A stretch of DNA of 33,288 nucleotides from Acidobacteriota bacterium (GTDB lineage Bacteria > Acidobacteriota > Thermoanaerobaculia > Gp7-AA8), in NCBI GenBank assembly GCA_046723495.1, contig JBKOUP010000225.1, forward strand, positions 1 through 33,288. Direction: 5' to 3'. The notes beneath the pieces are model-generated. The model searched no databases and had not been told where the DNA came from. It saw only the letters and a list, made by a program, of their open reading frames with translations. Of this stretch, positions 16,990-25,615 are shown in pieces (the stretch's first letter is position 1; each line of letters opens with the position of its first letter). The translations under genes and the position numbers were made by a program.

Positions 16990-17358
16990 ATGAACATCGG
17001 CCGCACCCACTGGGCCATCGCCGAGGGCTGGATCCCCGAGTACAGCCACGGCCCCGAGCCGGAGATGCTCAGCCATGAGACGGCGTGCATCCTCAACGCC
17101 GGCGACGCCGACGCCCACGTCGACATCACCGTCTACTTCGCCGACCGCGAGCCGGCCGGCCCGTATCGCCTCGTCGTTCCCGCGCGGCGTACGCTCCACG
17201 TCCGCTTCAACGACCTGAACGACCCCGAGCCCATCCCGCGCGCCACCGACTACTCCAGCGTCCTCGTCGCCGACGTTCCCGTCGTCGTCCAGCACACGCG
17301 CCTCGATTCGCGGCAGTCCGCGAACGCTCTCCTCACCACCATCGCCTATTCGGAGTGA
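16990..17358 (+). CDS. ASRT-family protein (Anabaena sensory rhodopsin transducer homolog)
   Basis: MNIGRTHWAIAEGWIPEY..SHETACILNAGDADAHVDITVYF..GPYRLVVPARRTLHVRFNDLNDP..VVVQHTRLDSRQSANALLTTIAYSE matches the ~125-aa ASRT sequence as I remember it along its full length. The track ORF starts at TTG 16978. ATG 16990 fits the family N-terminus better. Confidence 0.82.
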   Translation: MNIGRTHWAIAEGWIPEYSHGPEPEMLSHETACILNAGDADAHVDITVYFADREPAGPYRLVVPARRTLHVRFNDLNDPEPIPRATDYSSVLVADVPVVVQHTRLDSRQSANALLTTIAYSE

Positions 17359-17360
17359 CC

Positions 17361-19136
17361 ATGGCCCAAACAACCGCCGATTTCCTCGTCGACCGCCTGC
17401 ATGCCTGGGGCATCCGCCGCATCTACGGCTATCCGGGCGACGGCATCAACGGCATCATGGGGGCGCTCGAGCGGGCCGAGGGGAAGATCGACTTCGTGCA
17501 GGTGCGGCACGAGGAGATGGCTGCGTTCATGGCCTGCGCGCACGCGAAATTCACCGGCGAGCCCGGGGTCTGCCTGGCCACCTCCGGGCCGGGCGCGATC
17601 CATCTCCTCAACGGACTTTACGACGCAAAGCTCGACCACCAGCCCGTCGTGGCCATCGTCGGGCAGTCGGCGCGCATGGCCATGGGCGGCAACTACCAGC
17701 AGGAAGTCGACCTGCAATCGCTCTTCAAGGACGTCGCCGGCGAGTACGTGCAGACGGCCATGGTGCCTGCGCAGATGCGGCACCTTGTCGACCGCGCCAT
17801 TCGGATCGCCCGCGCCGAGCGCACCGTCACCTGCCTGATCATCCCGCACGACCTGCAGGACGAGAAGATGGCCGAGCCGCCGCGGAAACACGGCAGCGTC
17901 CACTCCGGCATCGGCTTCTCGTCGCCGCGCGTGATTCCGACCGACAACGATTTGCGCCGCGCGGCCGACGTGCTGAACGCCGGGACGAAAGTGGCGATGC
18001 TGATCGGCGCCGGGGCGATGAGCGCGGCCGACGAGGTCATCGAAGTCGCCGAGCTCCTCGGCGCCGGCGTCGCCAAGGCGCTCCTCGGCAAAGCCGCGCT
18101 CCCCGACGAGCTTCCCTTCGTCACCGGCGCCATCGGCCTCCTCGGCACGAAGCCGAGCTGGACGCTCATGGACGAATGCGACACCCTGCTCATGGTCGGC
18201 TCGAGCTTTCCGTACTCCGAGTTCCTGCCCGAGGAGGGGAAGGCGCGCGGAGTGCAGATCGACATCGACGGACGGATGCTGTCGATCCGCTATCCGATGG
18301 AGGTCAACCTCACCGGCGACTCGAAAGAAACGCTGCGCGCGCTCATCCCGCTGCTGGTGCGCAAAAGCGACCGCGCCTGGCGCGAGCAGATCGAGGAGGA
18401 GATCCGCGACTGGTGGAAGGCGCTCGAAGCTCACGCGATGTTCGACGCGTCGCCGATCAATCCGGAGCGCGTCTTCTGGGACCTCTCGCCGAAGCTGCCG
18501 GACGGAGCCATCGTCGCGGCCGACTCGGGGTCGACGGCGTCGTGGTACGCGCGGCATCTGAAGTTCCGCAAAGGGATGATGGGGTCGCTGTCCGGCAACC
18601 TGGCCACGATGGGGCCGGGCGTGCCGTACGTGATCGCCGCGAAGTTCGCGTTTCCGTCGCGCGTGGCCATCGCCTGCGTCGGCGACGGCGCGTTCCAGAT
18701 GAACGGCATGAACGAGATGATCACGATCGCGAAGTACTTCCGCGAGTGGAGCGACCCGCGGCTGATCGTCTGCGTGCTGAAGAACCGCGACCTGAACATG
18801 GTGACGTGGGAAGAGCGCGTGATGGCGGGCGACCCGAAGTTCGACGCGTCGCAGATCGTCCCCGACTTCCCGTACGCGCAGTACGCGGAGTCGATCGGAT
18901 TGAAGGGCATCAGCGTCGAGACGTGCGACAAGGTGGCCGCGGGGTGGGACGAGGCGCTCGCCGCCGACCGGCCGTGCGTGATCGAGTTCCACACCGACCC
19001 GGAGGTGCCGCCGCTGCCGCCGCACATCACCCGCGAGCAGGCCCAGAACTTCATGAAGTCGCTGCTGCACGACCCGGCGCGGGCGCAGATGATCAAGGAG
19101 TCGTTCAAATCGGTGTTCGCATCATTCAAGAAGTGA
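17361..19136 (+). CDS. Thiamine-pyrophosphate enzyme, pyruvate oxidase / pyruvate dehydrogenase (quinone) PoxB-like
   Basis: 591 aa from ATG 17361, 3 nt after the upstream stop. Resembles E. coli PoxB end to end. It has RHEEMAAFMACAHAKFTG, GPGAIHLLNGLYDA, TPP motif GDGAFQMNG..(24 aa)..NRDLN, and a C-terminal amphipathic tail FMKSLLHDPARAQMIKESFKSVFASFKK. Confidence 0.9.
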   Translation: MAQTTADFLVDRLHAWGIRRIYGYPGDGINGIMGALERAEGKIDFVQVRHEEMAAFMACAHAKFTGEPGVCLATSGPGAIHLLNGLYDAKLDHQPVVAIVGQSARMAMGGNYQQEVDLQSLFKDVAGEYVQTAMVPAQMRHLVDRAIRIARAERTVTCLIIPHDLQDEKMAEPPRKHGSVHSGIGFSSPRVIPTDNDLRRAADVLNAGTKVAMLIGAGAMSAADEVIEVAELLGAGVAKALLGKAALPDELPFVTGAIGLLGTKPSWTLMDECDTLLMVGSSFPYSEFLPEEGKARGVQIDIDGRMLSIRYPMEVNLTGDSKETLRALIPLLVRKSDRAWREQIEEEIRDWWKALEAHAMFDASPINPERVFWDLSPKLPDGAIVAADSGSTASWYARHLKFRKGMMGSLSGNLATMGPGVPYVIAAKFAFPSRVAIACVGDGAFQMNGMNEMITIAKYFREWSDPRLIVCVLKNRDLNMVTWEERVMAGDPKFDASQIVPDFPYAQYAESIGLKGISVETCDKVAAGWDEALAADRPCVIEFHTDPEVPPLPPHITREQAQNFMKSLLHDPARAQMIKESFKSVFASFKK

Positions 19137-20182
19137 CCATCAACGACCTCGAAGTTACCGCCTACACGATCCCCACCGCCACCCCCGAGTCCGACGGCAC
19201 GCTGGAGTGGTCGTCGACGACGCTCGTGGCCGTGCACGCGAGCGCGGGCGGGAAGCGCGGCTTCGGCTACACGTATGCCGACGTGGCCACGGCCGCGTTC
19301 ATCCGCGCGCACTTCGTCGAGCTGATCGTGGGCCGCGACCCGATGTCGATCGAGTCCGCGTGGGCGGCGATGATCCGCGCCGTCCGCAACCTCGGCCGCC
19401 GCGGCGTGGCGGCCATGGCCATCTCCGCGGTCGACGCCGCGCTGTGGGACCTCAAGTGCAAGCTCCTCGGCCTGCCGCTGGTCACGCTCCTCGGAGCGGT
19501 GCGCGAGGCCGCGCCGGTCTACATGAGCGGCGGCTTCACCTCGTACACGATCGAGGAATTGCGGGAGCAGCTCTCCGGATGGCCGCGGGTGAAGATGAAA
19601 GTCGGCCGCGACGTCCGCGCCGACCGCGAGCGCGTCCGCGCCGTGCGCGAGGCCATCGGCGCCGAGGCCGAGCTCTTCGTCGACGCCAACGGTGCCTACA
19701 CGCGCAAGCTTGCGCTCGAACAGGGGCGAGCGTTCGCGGAGGAGAATGTGAAGTGGCTCGAGGAGCCGGTGTCGTCGGACGATCTCGATGGGCTTAGGTT
19801 CTTACGAGACAACCTCCCAATGGAGATTGCTGCCGGCGAGTACGGCTATGAATTGCTGTATTACGAAACCATGATCGATGCGGTCGACGTAATCCAGGCC
19901 GACGCCACCCGCTGCCTCGGCATCACCGGCTTCATCAAGACCTCCGCGCTCTGCGAAGCGCACGGCACGCCGCTCTCCGCGCATTGCGCGCCGTCGCTGC
20001 ACGCGCACGCCGCCTGCGCGCTCCTGCCGCTGCGGCACATCGAGTACTTCTTCGACCACATGCGCATCGAGTCGCGCTACTTCGACGGCTTCGTCGAGGC
20101 CGTCGAGGGCGCCATTCGTCCCGACCTGACCCGGCCGGGTATCGGCGTGGAGTTGAAAGAGATAGATTTGCAGCCGCTATGA
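19133..20182 (+). CDS. Enolase-superfamily enzyme (mandelate racemase / muconate lactonizing enzyme family)
   Basis: 349 aa from GTG 19133, a GTGA overlap with the upstream stop. KxK motif VKMKVG; metal-ligand contexts FVDANGAY, WLEEPV and AAGEY; then VIQADATRCLGITG and SAHC. Substrate not inferable. Confidence 0.85.
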   Translation: MTINDLEVTAYTIPTATPESDGTLEWSSTTLVAVHASAGGKRGFGYTYADVATAAFIRAHFVELIVGRDPMSIESAWAAMIRAVRNLGRRGVAAMAISAVDAALWDLKCKLLGLPLVTLLGAVREAAPVYMSGGFTSYTIEELREQLSGWPRVKMKVGRDVRADRERVRAVREAIGAEAELFVDANGAYTRKLALEQGRAFAEENVKWLEEPVSSDDLDGLRFLRDNLPMEIAAGEYGYELLYYETMIDAVDVIQADATRCLGITGFIKTSALCEAHGTPLSAHCAPSLHAHAACALLPLRHIEYFFDHMRIESRYFDGFVEAVEGAIRPDLTRPGIGVELKEIDLQPL

Positions 20183-23100
20183 ATCCGCGCCGCTTCGACC
20201 CCATCCGCTTCGACAAGCCCGGCGCCGCGCCGCGCGTCGACTACAGCGACCGCATCCAGCGCGTGAACGTCGACGCGGCCGCGCTGGCCTCGGAGCTGCG
20301 GCGCGAGCTGCGCGGCGAGGTGCGCTTCGACGACGGCACGCGCGCGCTCTACGCCACCGATGCCTCCAACTACCGGCAAGTGCCGATCGGCGTCGTGCGC
20401 CCGTACGACGCGGACGACGTCATCGCCACGGTGGCCTTGGCGCGCAAGCACGGCGCGCCGATCCTCGCCCGCGGCGGCGGCACGAGCCTGGCCGGGCAGT
20501 GCTGCAACGTCGCCGTCGTCATCGACTTCTCGAAGTACATGCACGCCATCCACGAGCTGAACCCCGGCGAAAAGTACGCCTGGGTGCAGCCCGGCATCGT
20601 CCTCGATGACCTGCGCACCGCGGCCGAGGAGCATCGGCTCACGTTTGGCCCCGACCCGGCCACGCACACGCGCTGCACGATCGGCGGCATGATCGGCAAC
20701 AACTCCTGCGGCGTGCACGCGCTGATGGCCGGCAAGACCGTCGACAACATCGAGGCCCTGAAGGTGCTGCTGTACGACGGCACGCAGATGACCGTCGGGC
20801 CGACGAGCGACAAAGAGCTGACCCGCATCATCGCCGCCGGCGGACGCGAGGGCGAGATCTACGCGGGCCTGCTGCGCATCCGCGACACCTACGGCGACGA
20901 GATCCGGCAGCGCTATCCGAAGATCCCGCGCCGCGTCTCCGGCTACAACCTCGACTCGCTCCTCGCCGAGGATGGCTTCCACGTGGCCAAGGCCCTCGTC
21001 GGGAGCGAGTGCACCTGCGTCGTCGTCCTGGAGGCGAAGTGCCGCCTCGTCGACTCGCCGCCTTCGCGCGTCCTCGCCGTCGTCGGCTACGACGACATCT
21101 TTGCCGCCGCCGACCACGTGCCGGAGCTCCTCGAGTTCGGCCCGATCGGACTGGAAGGGATTGACGACCGCCTCATCGAAGACATGAAGGTCAAGCACCT
21201 CCACGTCAAAAATCTCGAGCTGCTGCCCGACGGCAAGGGATGGCTGCTCGTCGAATTCGGCGGCGAGTCGATCCAGGACGCGGAGTGGAAGGCGCAGCGG
21301 ATGATCGATTCGCTGAAGACGCAGTCGTCGAAGCTCTACACCGATCCCGCCGTCACGCGAAAGATCTGGCAGATCCGCGAGTCCGGCCTCGGCGCGACGG
21401 CGTTCGTCCCCGGCAGGCCGATGACGTGGGAAGGGTGGGAGGACTCCGCCGTCGATCCCAAGCACCTCGGCAAGTACCTGCGCGAGCTGCGCGCGCTCAT
21501 GGAGAAGTTCGGCTACTACGGCGACCTCTACGGCCATTTCGGCCAGGCCTGCGTGCACACGCGGAACAACTTCGACCTCGAGTCGGCGCCCGGCATCGCC
21601 AAGTTCCGCGCCTACATCGACGAGGCCGCGGACCTCTGCATCAAGTACAACGGCTCGCTCTCCGGCGAGCACGGCGACGGGCAGTCGCGCGCGGAGCTGC
21701 TGCCGAAGATGTTCGGCGAGCGCCTCGTCGGCGCCTTCCGCGAGTTCAAGTCCCTGTGGGACCCGGAGTGGAAGATGAATCCCGGCAAGGTGGTGACGCC
21801 GTACCACCCGACCGAGAACCTCCGGCTCGGCGCGGACTTCCAGCAGTGGGCGCCGGAGACGCATTTCCAGTTTCCGGAAGACGGCGGGCGGATGGAGCGC
21901 GCCGTCCTGCGCTGCGTCGGCGTCGGCGAGTGCCGCCGCTTCGACCACGGCGTGATGTGCCCGAGCTACATGGTCACGCGCGAAGAAGAGCATTCGACGC
22001 GCGGCCGGGCCAGGCTGCTTTTCGAGATGTTCGAGGGCGAGGTCATCCCCAACGACTGGCGCAACGAGGCCGTGAAGGACGCCCTCGACCTCTGCCTGGC
22101 CTGCAAGGGCTGCAAAGGGGAGTGCCCGGTCAACGTCGACATGGCCACGTTCAAGGCCGAGTTCCTCTCGCACTACTACGAGCGGCGCCTCCGGCCGCTG
22201 ACGGCGTACTCGATGGGGCTGATCTACTGGTGGTCGCGCGCGGCCGCGGTGGCGCCGCAGATCGCCAACTTCGTGATGTCGCTGCCGTTCGTGAAGACGC
22301 TGGCCGGCGTGGCGCCGGAGCGGCGCATGCCGCTCTATGCCCGTGAAACATTCGTGGAACAATTCCGGCGTTGGCGGACTGAAGTCCGCCCCACGTCGGC
22401 CGAGCCGAATCGCCGCGTCCTGCTCTGGCCCGACACGTTCAACAACCACTTCCATCCCGGGACGGCCATGGCCGCCGTCGAAGTTCTGGAGAACGCCGGC
22501 TACCACGTCACCATCCCGCGGCGGCAGCTTTGCTGCGGGCGTCCGCTCTACGACTTCGGCTTTCTCAAGACTGCCAAGCGCCTCCTCGCCGAGACGATGG
22601 ACGTCCTCCAGCCGGAGCTCGAGGAAGGGATCCCCATCATCGGCCTCGAGCCGAGCTGCGTCTCCGTCTTCCGCGACGAGCTGGGCGGGCTCTTTCCCGC
22701 GCACCCGCTGGCGAAGCGGCTGAAAGAATCGGCCGTTACGCTGAGCGAGTTCCTCATCCGCGAAAACGTCCCCTTGCCGAAGATGAACGGGAAAGCGCTG
22801 ATGCAGGCGCACTGTCATCACCGCGCCATCATGAAAATCGCCGCCGAGGAGGAGGTGCTGCGGAAGGCCGGCCTCGACCTGGAGACGCCCGACGCGGGCT
22901 GCTGCGGCATGGCCGGCGCGTTCGGCTTCGAGCGCGAGCACTACGAGATCTCCCAGCGCGTGGGCGAGCGGCTGATCCTGCCGAAGGTGCGCGAAGCCTC
23001 GCTCGACACCCTCATCGTCGCCGACGGCTTCAGCTGCCGCGAGCAGATCGCCCAGGCCACGCCGCGGCGGGCCCTGCACCTCGCACAGGTCCTGCAACTG

Positions 23101-23298
23101 GCTCTGCGCAAGGAGCGCGGGGAAGCCCCTCCATCGATCGCCGAAGCGGCGCCGCCCGATCTGAAGACGATGCTCTGGACGGCTGCGGGGATCGCGGGCG
23201 GCGCCGCGCTCTTTGCGGGAGGGATATGGCTGCTCCGCAGCAGGCGGAAGCGATTGCCGACTACGCCGCCATCGGCGACACGCGCTCGGTCGCGCTGA
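20179..23298 (+). CDS. FAD-binding and Fe-S/CCG-domain oxidoreductase (YdiJ-like, GlcD-GlcF-type fusion) with C-terminal TM anchor
   Basis: 1039 aa from ATG 20179, an ATGA overlap with the upstream stop. PCMH-type FAD domain (ARGGGTSLAGQ), ferredoxin-type clusters (CVGVGECRR.. and CLACKGCKGECP), and two CCG motifs (LCCGRPLYDFG, GCCGMAGAFG). Terminal hydrophobic helix MLWTAAGIAGGAALFAGGIWLL. Confidence 0.9.
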   Translation: MNPRRFDPIRFDKPGAAPRVDYSDRIQRVNVDAAALASELRRELRGEVRFDDGTRALYATDASNYRQVPIGVVRPYDADDVIATVALARKHGAPILARGGGTSLAGQCCNVAVVIDFSKYMHAIHELNPGEKYAWVQPGIVLDDLRTAAEEHRLTFGPDPATHTRCTIGGMIGNNSCGVHALMAGKTVDNIEALKVLLYDGTQMTVGPTSDKELTRIIAAGGREGEIYAGLLRIRDTYGDEIRQRYPKIPRRVSGYNLDSLLAEDGFHVAKALVGSECTCVVVLEAKCRLVDSPPSRVLAVVGYDDIFAAADHVPELLEFGPIGLEGIDDRLIEDMKVKHLHVKNLELLPDGKGWLLVEFGGESIQDAEWKAQRMIDSLKTQSSKLYTDPAVTRKIWQIRESGLGATAFVPGRPMTWEGWEDSAVDPKHLGKYLRELRALMEKFGYYGDLYGHFGQACVHTRNNFDLESAPGIAKFRAYIDEAADLCIKYNGSLSGEHGDGQSRAELLPKMFGERLVGAFREFKSLWDPEWKMNPGKVVTPYHPTENLRLGADFQQWAPETHFQFPEDGGRMERAVLRCVGVGECRRFDHGVMCPSYMVTREEEHSTRGRARLLFEMFEGEVIPNDWRNEAVKDALDLCLACKGCKGECPVNVDMATFKAEFLSHYYERRLRPLTAYSMGLIYWWSRAAAVAPQIANFVMSLPFVKTLAGVAPERRMPLYARETFVEQFRRWRTEVRPTSAEPNRRVLLWPDTFNNHFHPGTAMAAVEVLENAGYHVTIPRRQLCCGRPLYDFGFLKTAKRLLAETMDVLQPELEEGIPIIGLEPSCVSVFRDELGGLFPAHPLAKRLKESAVTLSEFLIRENVPLPKMNGKALMQAHCHHRAIMKIAAEEEVLRKAGLDLETPDAGCCGMAGAFGFEREHYEISQRVGERLILPKVREASLDTLIVADGFSCREQIAQATPRRALHLAQVLQLALRKERGEAPPSIAEAAPPDLKTMLWTAAGIAGGAALFAGGIWLLRSRRKRLPTTPPSATRARSR

Positions 23299-25031
23299 TC
23301 TCGAAGCGCGGCTCGATCGACTGGCTCTGCTGGCCGCGCTTCGACGCGCCGTCGATCTTCGCCCGGCTCCTCGACGTCAACAAAGGCGGCCACTTCTCGA
23401 TCGCGCCGGGCGTGCCGTTCACGTCGAAGCGCCGCTACGTCGAGGACACGAACGTCCTCGAGACGACCTTCACCTGCGACGGCGGCGAGCTCCGCCTCAC
23501 CGACCTCATGCCGGTGCTGACCGAGGAGGAGAAGCAGCACCGCCTCACGCCGTTCCGGCAGCTTCTCCGCCGCGTCGAATGCGTGCGCGGCGAGGTGCCG
23601 GTCGCCGTCGACTTCGTTCCCCGTCCCGACTACGCGCGGATCGTGCCGCGCCTCGAAGCGCGCGGCGACTGCGTCTGCTGCGCCTGGGGCGCGCGCGTGC
23701 TGAACCTCCGCCACGACGCGCGCTTCGACGATCGCGGCCGCGCCGAATTCACGCTCCGCGCCGGCGAGCGCCGCACGTTCGCTCTCGGCTACGACGATCA
23801 CGCCCCGGCCGTCTTTCTGCCGCTCGACAACGACGACGTCGAGTGCACGATTCACTACTGGTCGCGCTGGTCGTCGCAGCTTGCCTACAAAGGCCCGTAC
23901 CGCGACATGGTCCTGCGCAGCGCGCTCGTGCTCAAGCTCCTCGCCTACGCGCCTTCGGGCGGCATCGTCGCCGCGGCCACGACGTCGCTGCCGGAGAAGA
24001 TCGGCGGCGTCCGCAACTGGGACTACCGCTACTGCTGGCTGCGCGACGCCTCCTTCACCGTCAGCGCGCTCTACGACTCCGGCTTCGAGCGCGAGGGGGT
24101 CGCGTTCGTCGACTGGCTCCTCTACTCCACGCGCCTGACCCAGCCGAGCCTGCAGATCCTCTACGACGTCTTCGGCGAGGCCCGGCTGCCGGAGCGCGAG
24201 CTCGCGCACCTCGAGGGCTACCGCGGCTCGCGCCCCGTGCGCGCCGGCAACAACGCCTACAACCAGTTCCAGCTCGACGTCTACGGCGAAGTCATCGGAG
24301 CGATGGAGGAGGCGGTGCAGCGCGGCGAGAGGCTCGACCGCGACCACCAGCGCCTCGTCCGCCGCCTCGCCGAGATGGTCGTCAAGCGCTGGCGCGAGCC
24401 CGACGACGGCATCTGGGAGAAGCGCGGCGGACGGCGCCAGCACATCCACTCGAAGGTCATGGCCTGGGCCGCGCTCGACAGCGCGGGAAGGCTCATGCAC
24501 GACTTCACCGCCGTCAAGGAGAAGATCCGCGACTACATCCTGACCGAAGGCTTCGACCGCGAGTTGAACAGCTTCGTCGCTGTGGCCGGCGAGCGCGACG
24601 TCGACGCCTCGCTCCTCTACGCCGCGCGCGTCGGCATCGTGGAGCCGGACGACCCGCGCATGCTCGGCACGATCGAGGCCATCCGCGCTCGCCTGTCGCG
24701 CGACGATCTCGTCTATCGCTACGACACGCGCGACGTCGAAGACGGCCTTCCCTCCGGCGAAGGCGCGTTCCTCGCCTGCAGCATGTGGCTCGTCGAAGCG
24801 CTGGCGCTGGCGAACCGCCGCGCCGAGGCGGAGAAGATTTTCGAGCAACTGCTGCGCCGCGCCAACGACGTCGGCCTCTTTTCCGAGGAGGTTGATCCCG
24901 ACACGGGCGAGCTCCTTGGCAATTTCCCGCAGGCCCTCACGCATATCGGCCTGATGAACGCGGCCCTCTGTCTCAGCGAGCTCGATAGAACGCCCCGAGG
25001 ATCAGACCGTACGTCGCGTGGACGAGGATGA
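23226..25031 (+). CDS. Glycoside hydrolase family 15 protein (glucoamylase/trehalase-like)
   Basis: 601 aa. N-terminus IADYAAIGDTRSVALISKRGSIDWLCWPRFDAPSIF, then WDYRYCWLRDASF and a C-terminal GNFPQALTHIGLMNAA. ATG 23226 is the only canonical start that retains the conserved N-terminus. Confidence 0.88.
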   Translation: MAAPQQAEAIADYAAIGDTRSVALISKRGSIDWLCWPRFDAPSIFARLLDVNKGGHFSIAPGVPFTSKRRYVEDTNVLETTFTCDGGELRLTDLMPVLTEEEKQHRLTPFRQLLRRVECVRGEVPVAVDFVPRPDYARIVPRLEARGDCVCCAWGARVLNLRHDARFDDRGRAEFTLRAGERRTFALGYDDHAPAVFLPLDNDDVECTIHYWSRWSSQLAYKGPYRDMVLRSALVLKLLAYAPSGGIVAAATTSLPEKIGGVRNWDYRYCWLRDASFTVSALYDSGFEREGVAFVDWLLYSTRLTQPSLQILYDVFGEARLPERELAHLEGYRGSRPVRAGNNAYNQFQLDVYGEVIGAMEEAVQRGERLDRDHQRLVRRLAEMVVKRWREPDDGIWEKRGGRRQHIHSKVMAWAALDSAGRLMHDFTAVKEKIRDYILTEGFDRELNSFVAVAGERDVDASLLYAARVGIVEPDDPRMLGTIEAIRARLSRDDLVYRYDTRDVEDGLPSGEGAFLACSMWLVEALALANRRAEAEKIFEQLLRRANDVGLFSEEVDPDTGELLGNFPQALTHIGLMNAALCLSELDRTPRGSDRTSRGRG

Positions 25032-25449
25032 GCACCAGCGGCGTCATGCGGCCGTAGTTCATGGCCAGGAAGCCGGGCGGCTCGAGGAGGCGCGTCGGCT
25101 CGGGGCCGCGGAAGTCCGACACCATGCGCGGGTGCATGCCGGGAAGAATCGGCAGCACGGCCACGACGACGAAGAGTCCCTGCACGACGCCCATCAGCAT
25201 GCCGAGCCACCACGTGGCCGCGCGCATCTGCTCGAAGAAGAGCGCGTAGACGACGGCGAAGATCCAGCCGTTGACGAGGTGAAAGAGCGCGCCGACGGTC
25301 TTGGCGCGGTCGCGGTTCGCCGTCAGCATCGTGCCGATGATGAACGGCAGGTCGATGCGCGTCAGCCCGAGCGACTGCGCGGCGATCGTCAGCCCGGTGA
25401 GCACGACCGTCGCGGCGAAGCCCCAGATGAGAATGGATGGAAGGTTCAT
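24973..25449 (-). CDS. Small integral membrane protein (about 4 TM helices), family not recognised
   Basis: 158 aa from MNLPSILIWGFAATVVLTGL. Hydrophobic helices alternate with short polar loops. The longer 245-aa track ORF would run into the divergent SDR gene and is rejected. Confidence 0.7.
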   Translation of the reverse strand: MNLPSILIWGFAATVVLTGLTIAAQSLGLTRIDLPFIIGTMLTANRDRAKTVGALFHLVNGWIFAVVYALFFEQMRAATWWLGMLMGVVQGLFVVVAVLPILPGMHPRMVSDFRGPEPTRLLEPPGFLAMNYGRMTPLVLILVHATYGLILGAFYRAR

Positions 25450-25615
25450 GGCGCGGCAGGGGACAGGTGGTGGTCGTCGCGGGGCTTCGTCCTCGGCTTG
25501 ATCGATGGAAGGCTCATTGCAAAACAAGAGGCGACAGCAAACATGGATCAGGCGCAGATCTTGGCCATTGCAAGAACACCACCTGCGCCCTGCCCCCTGT
25601 GCCCTGTCCCCTGAT

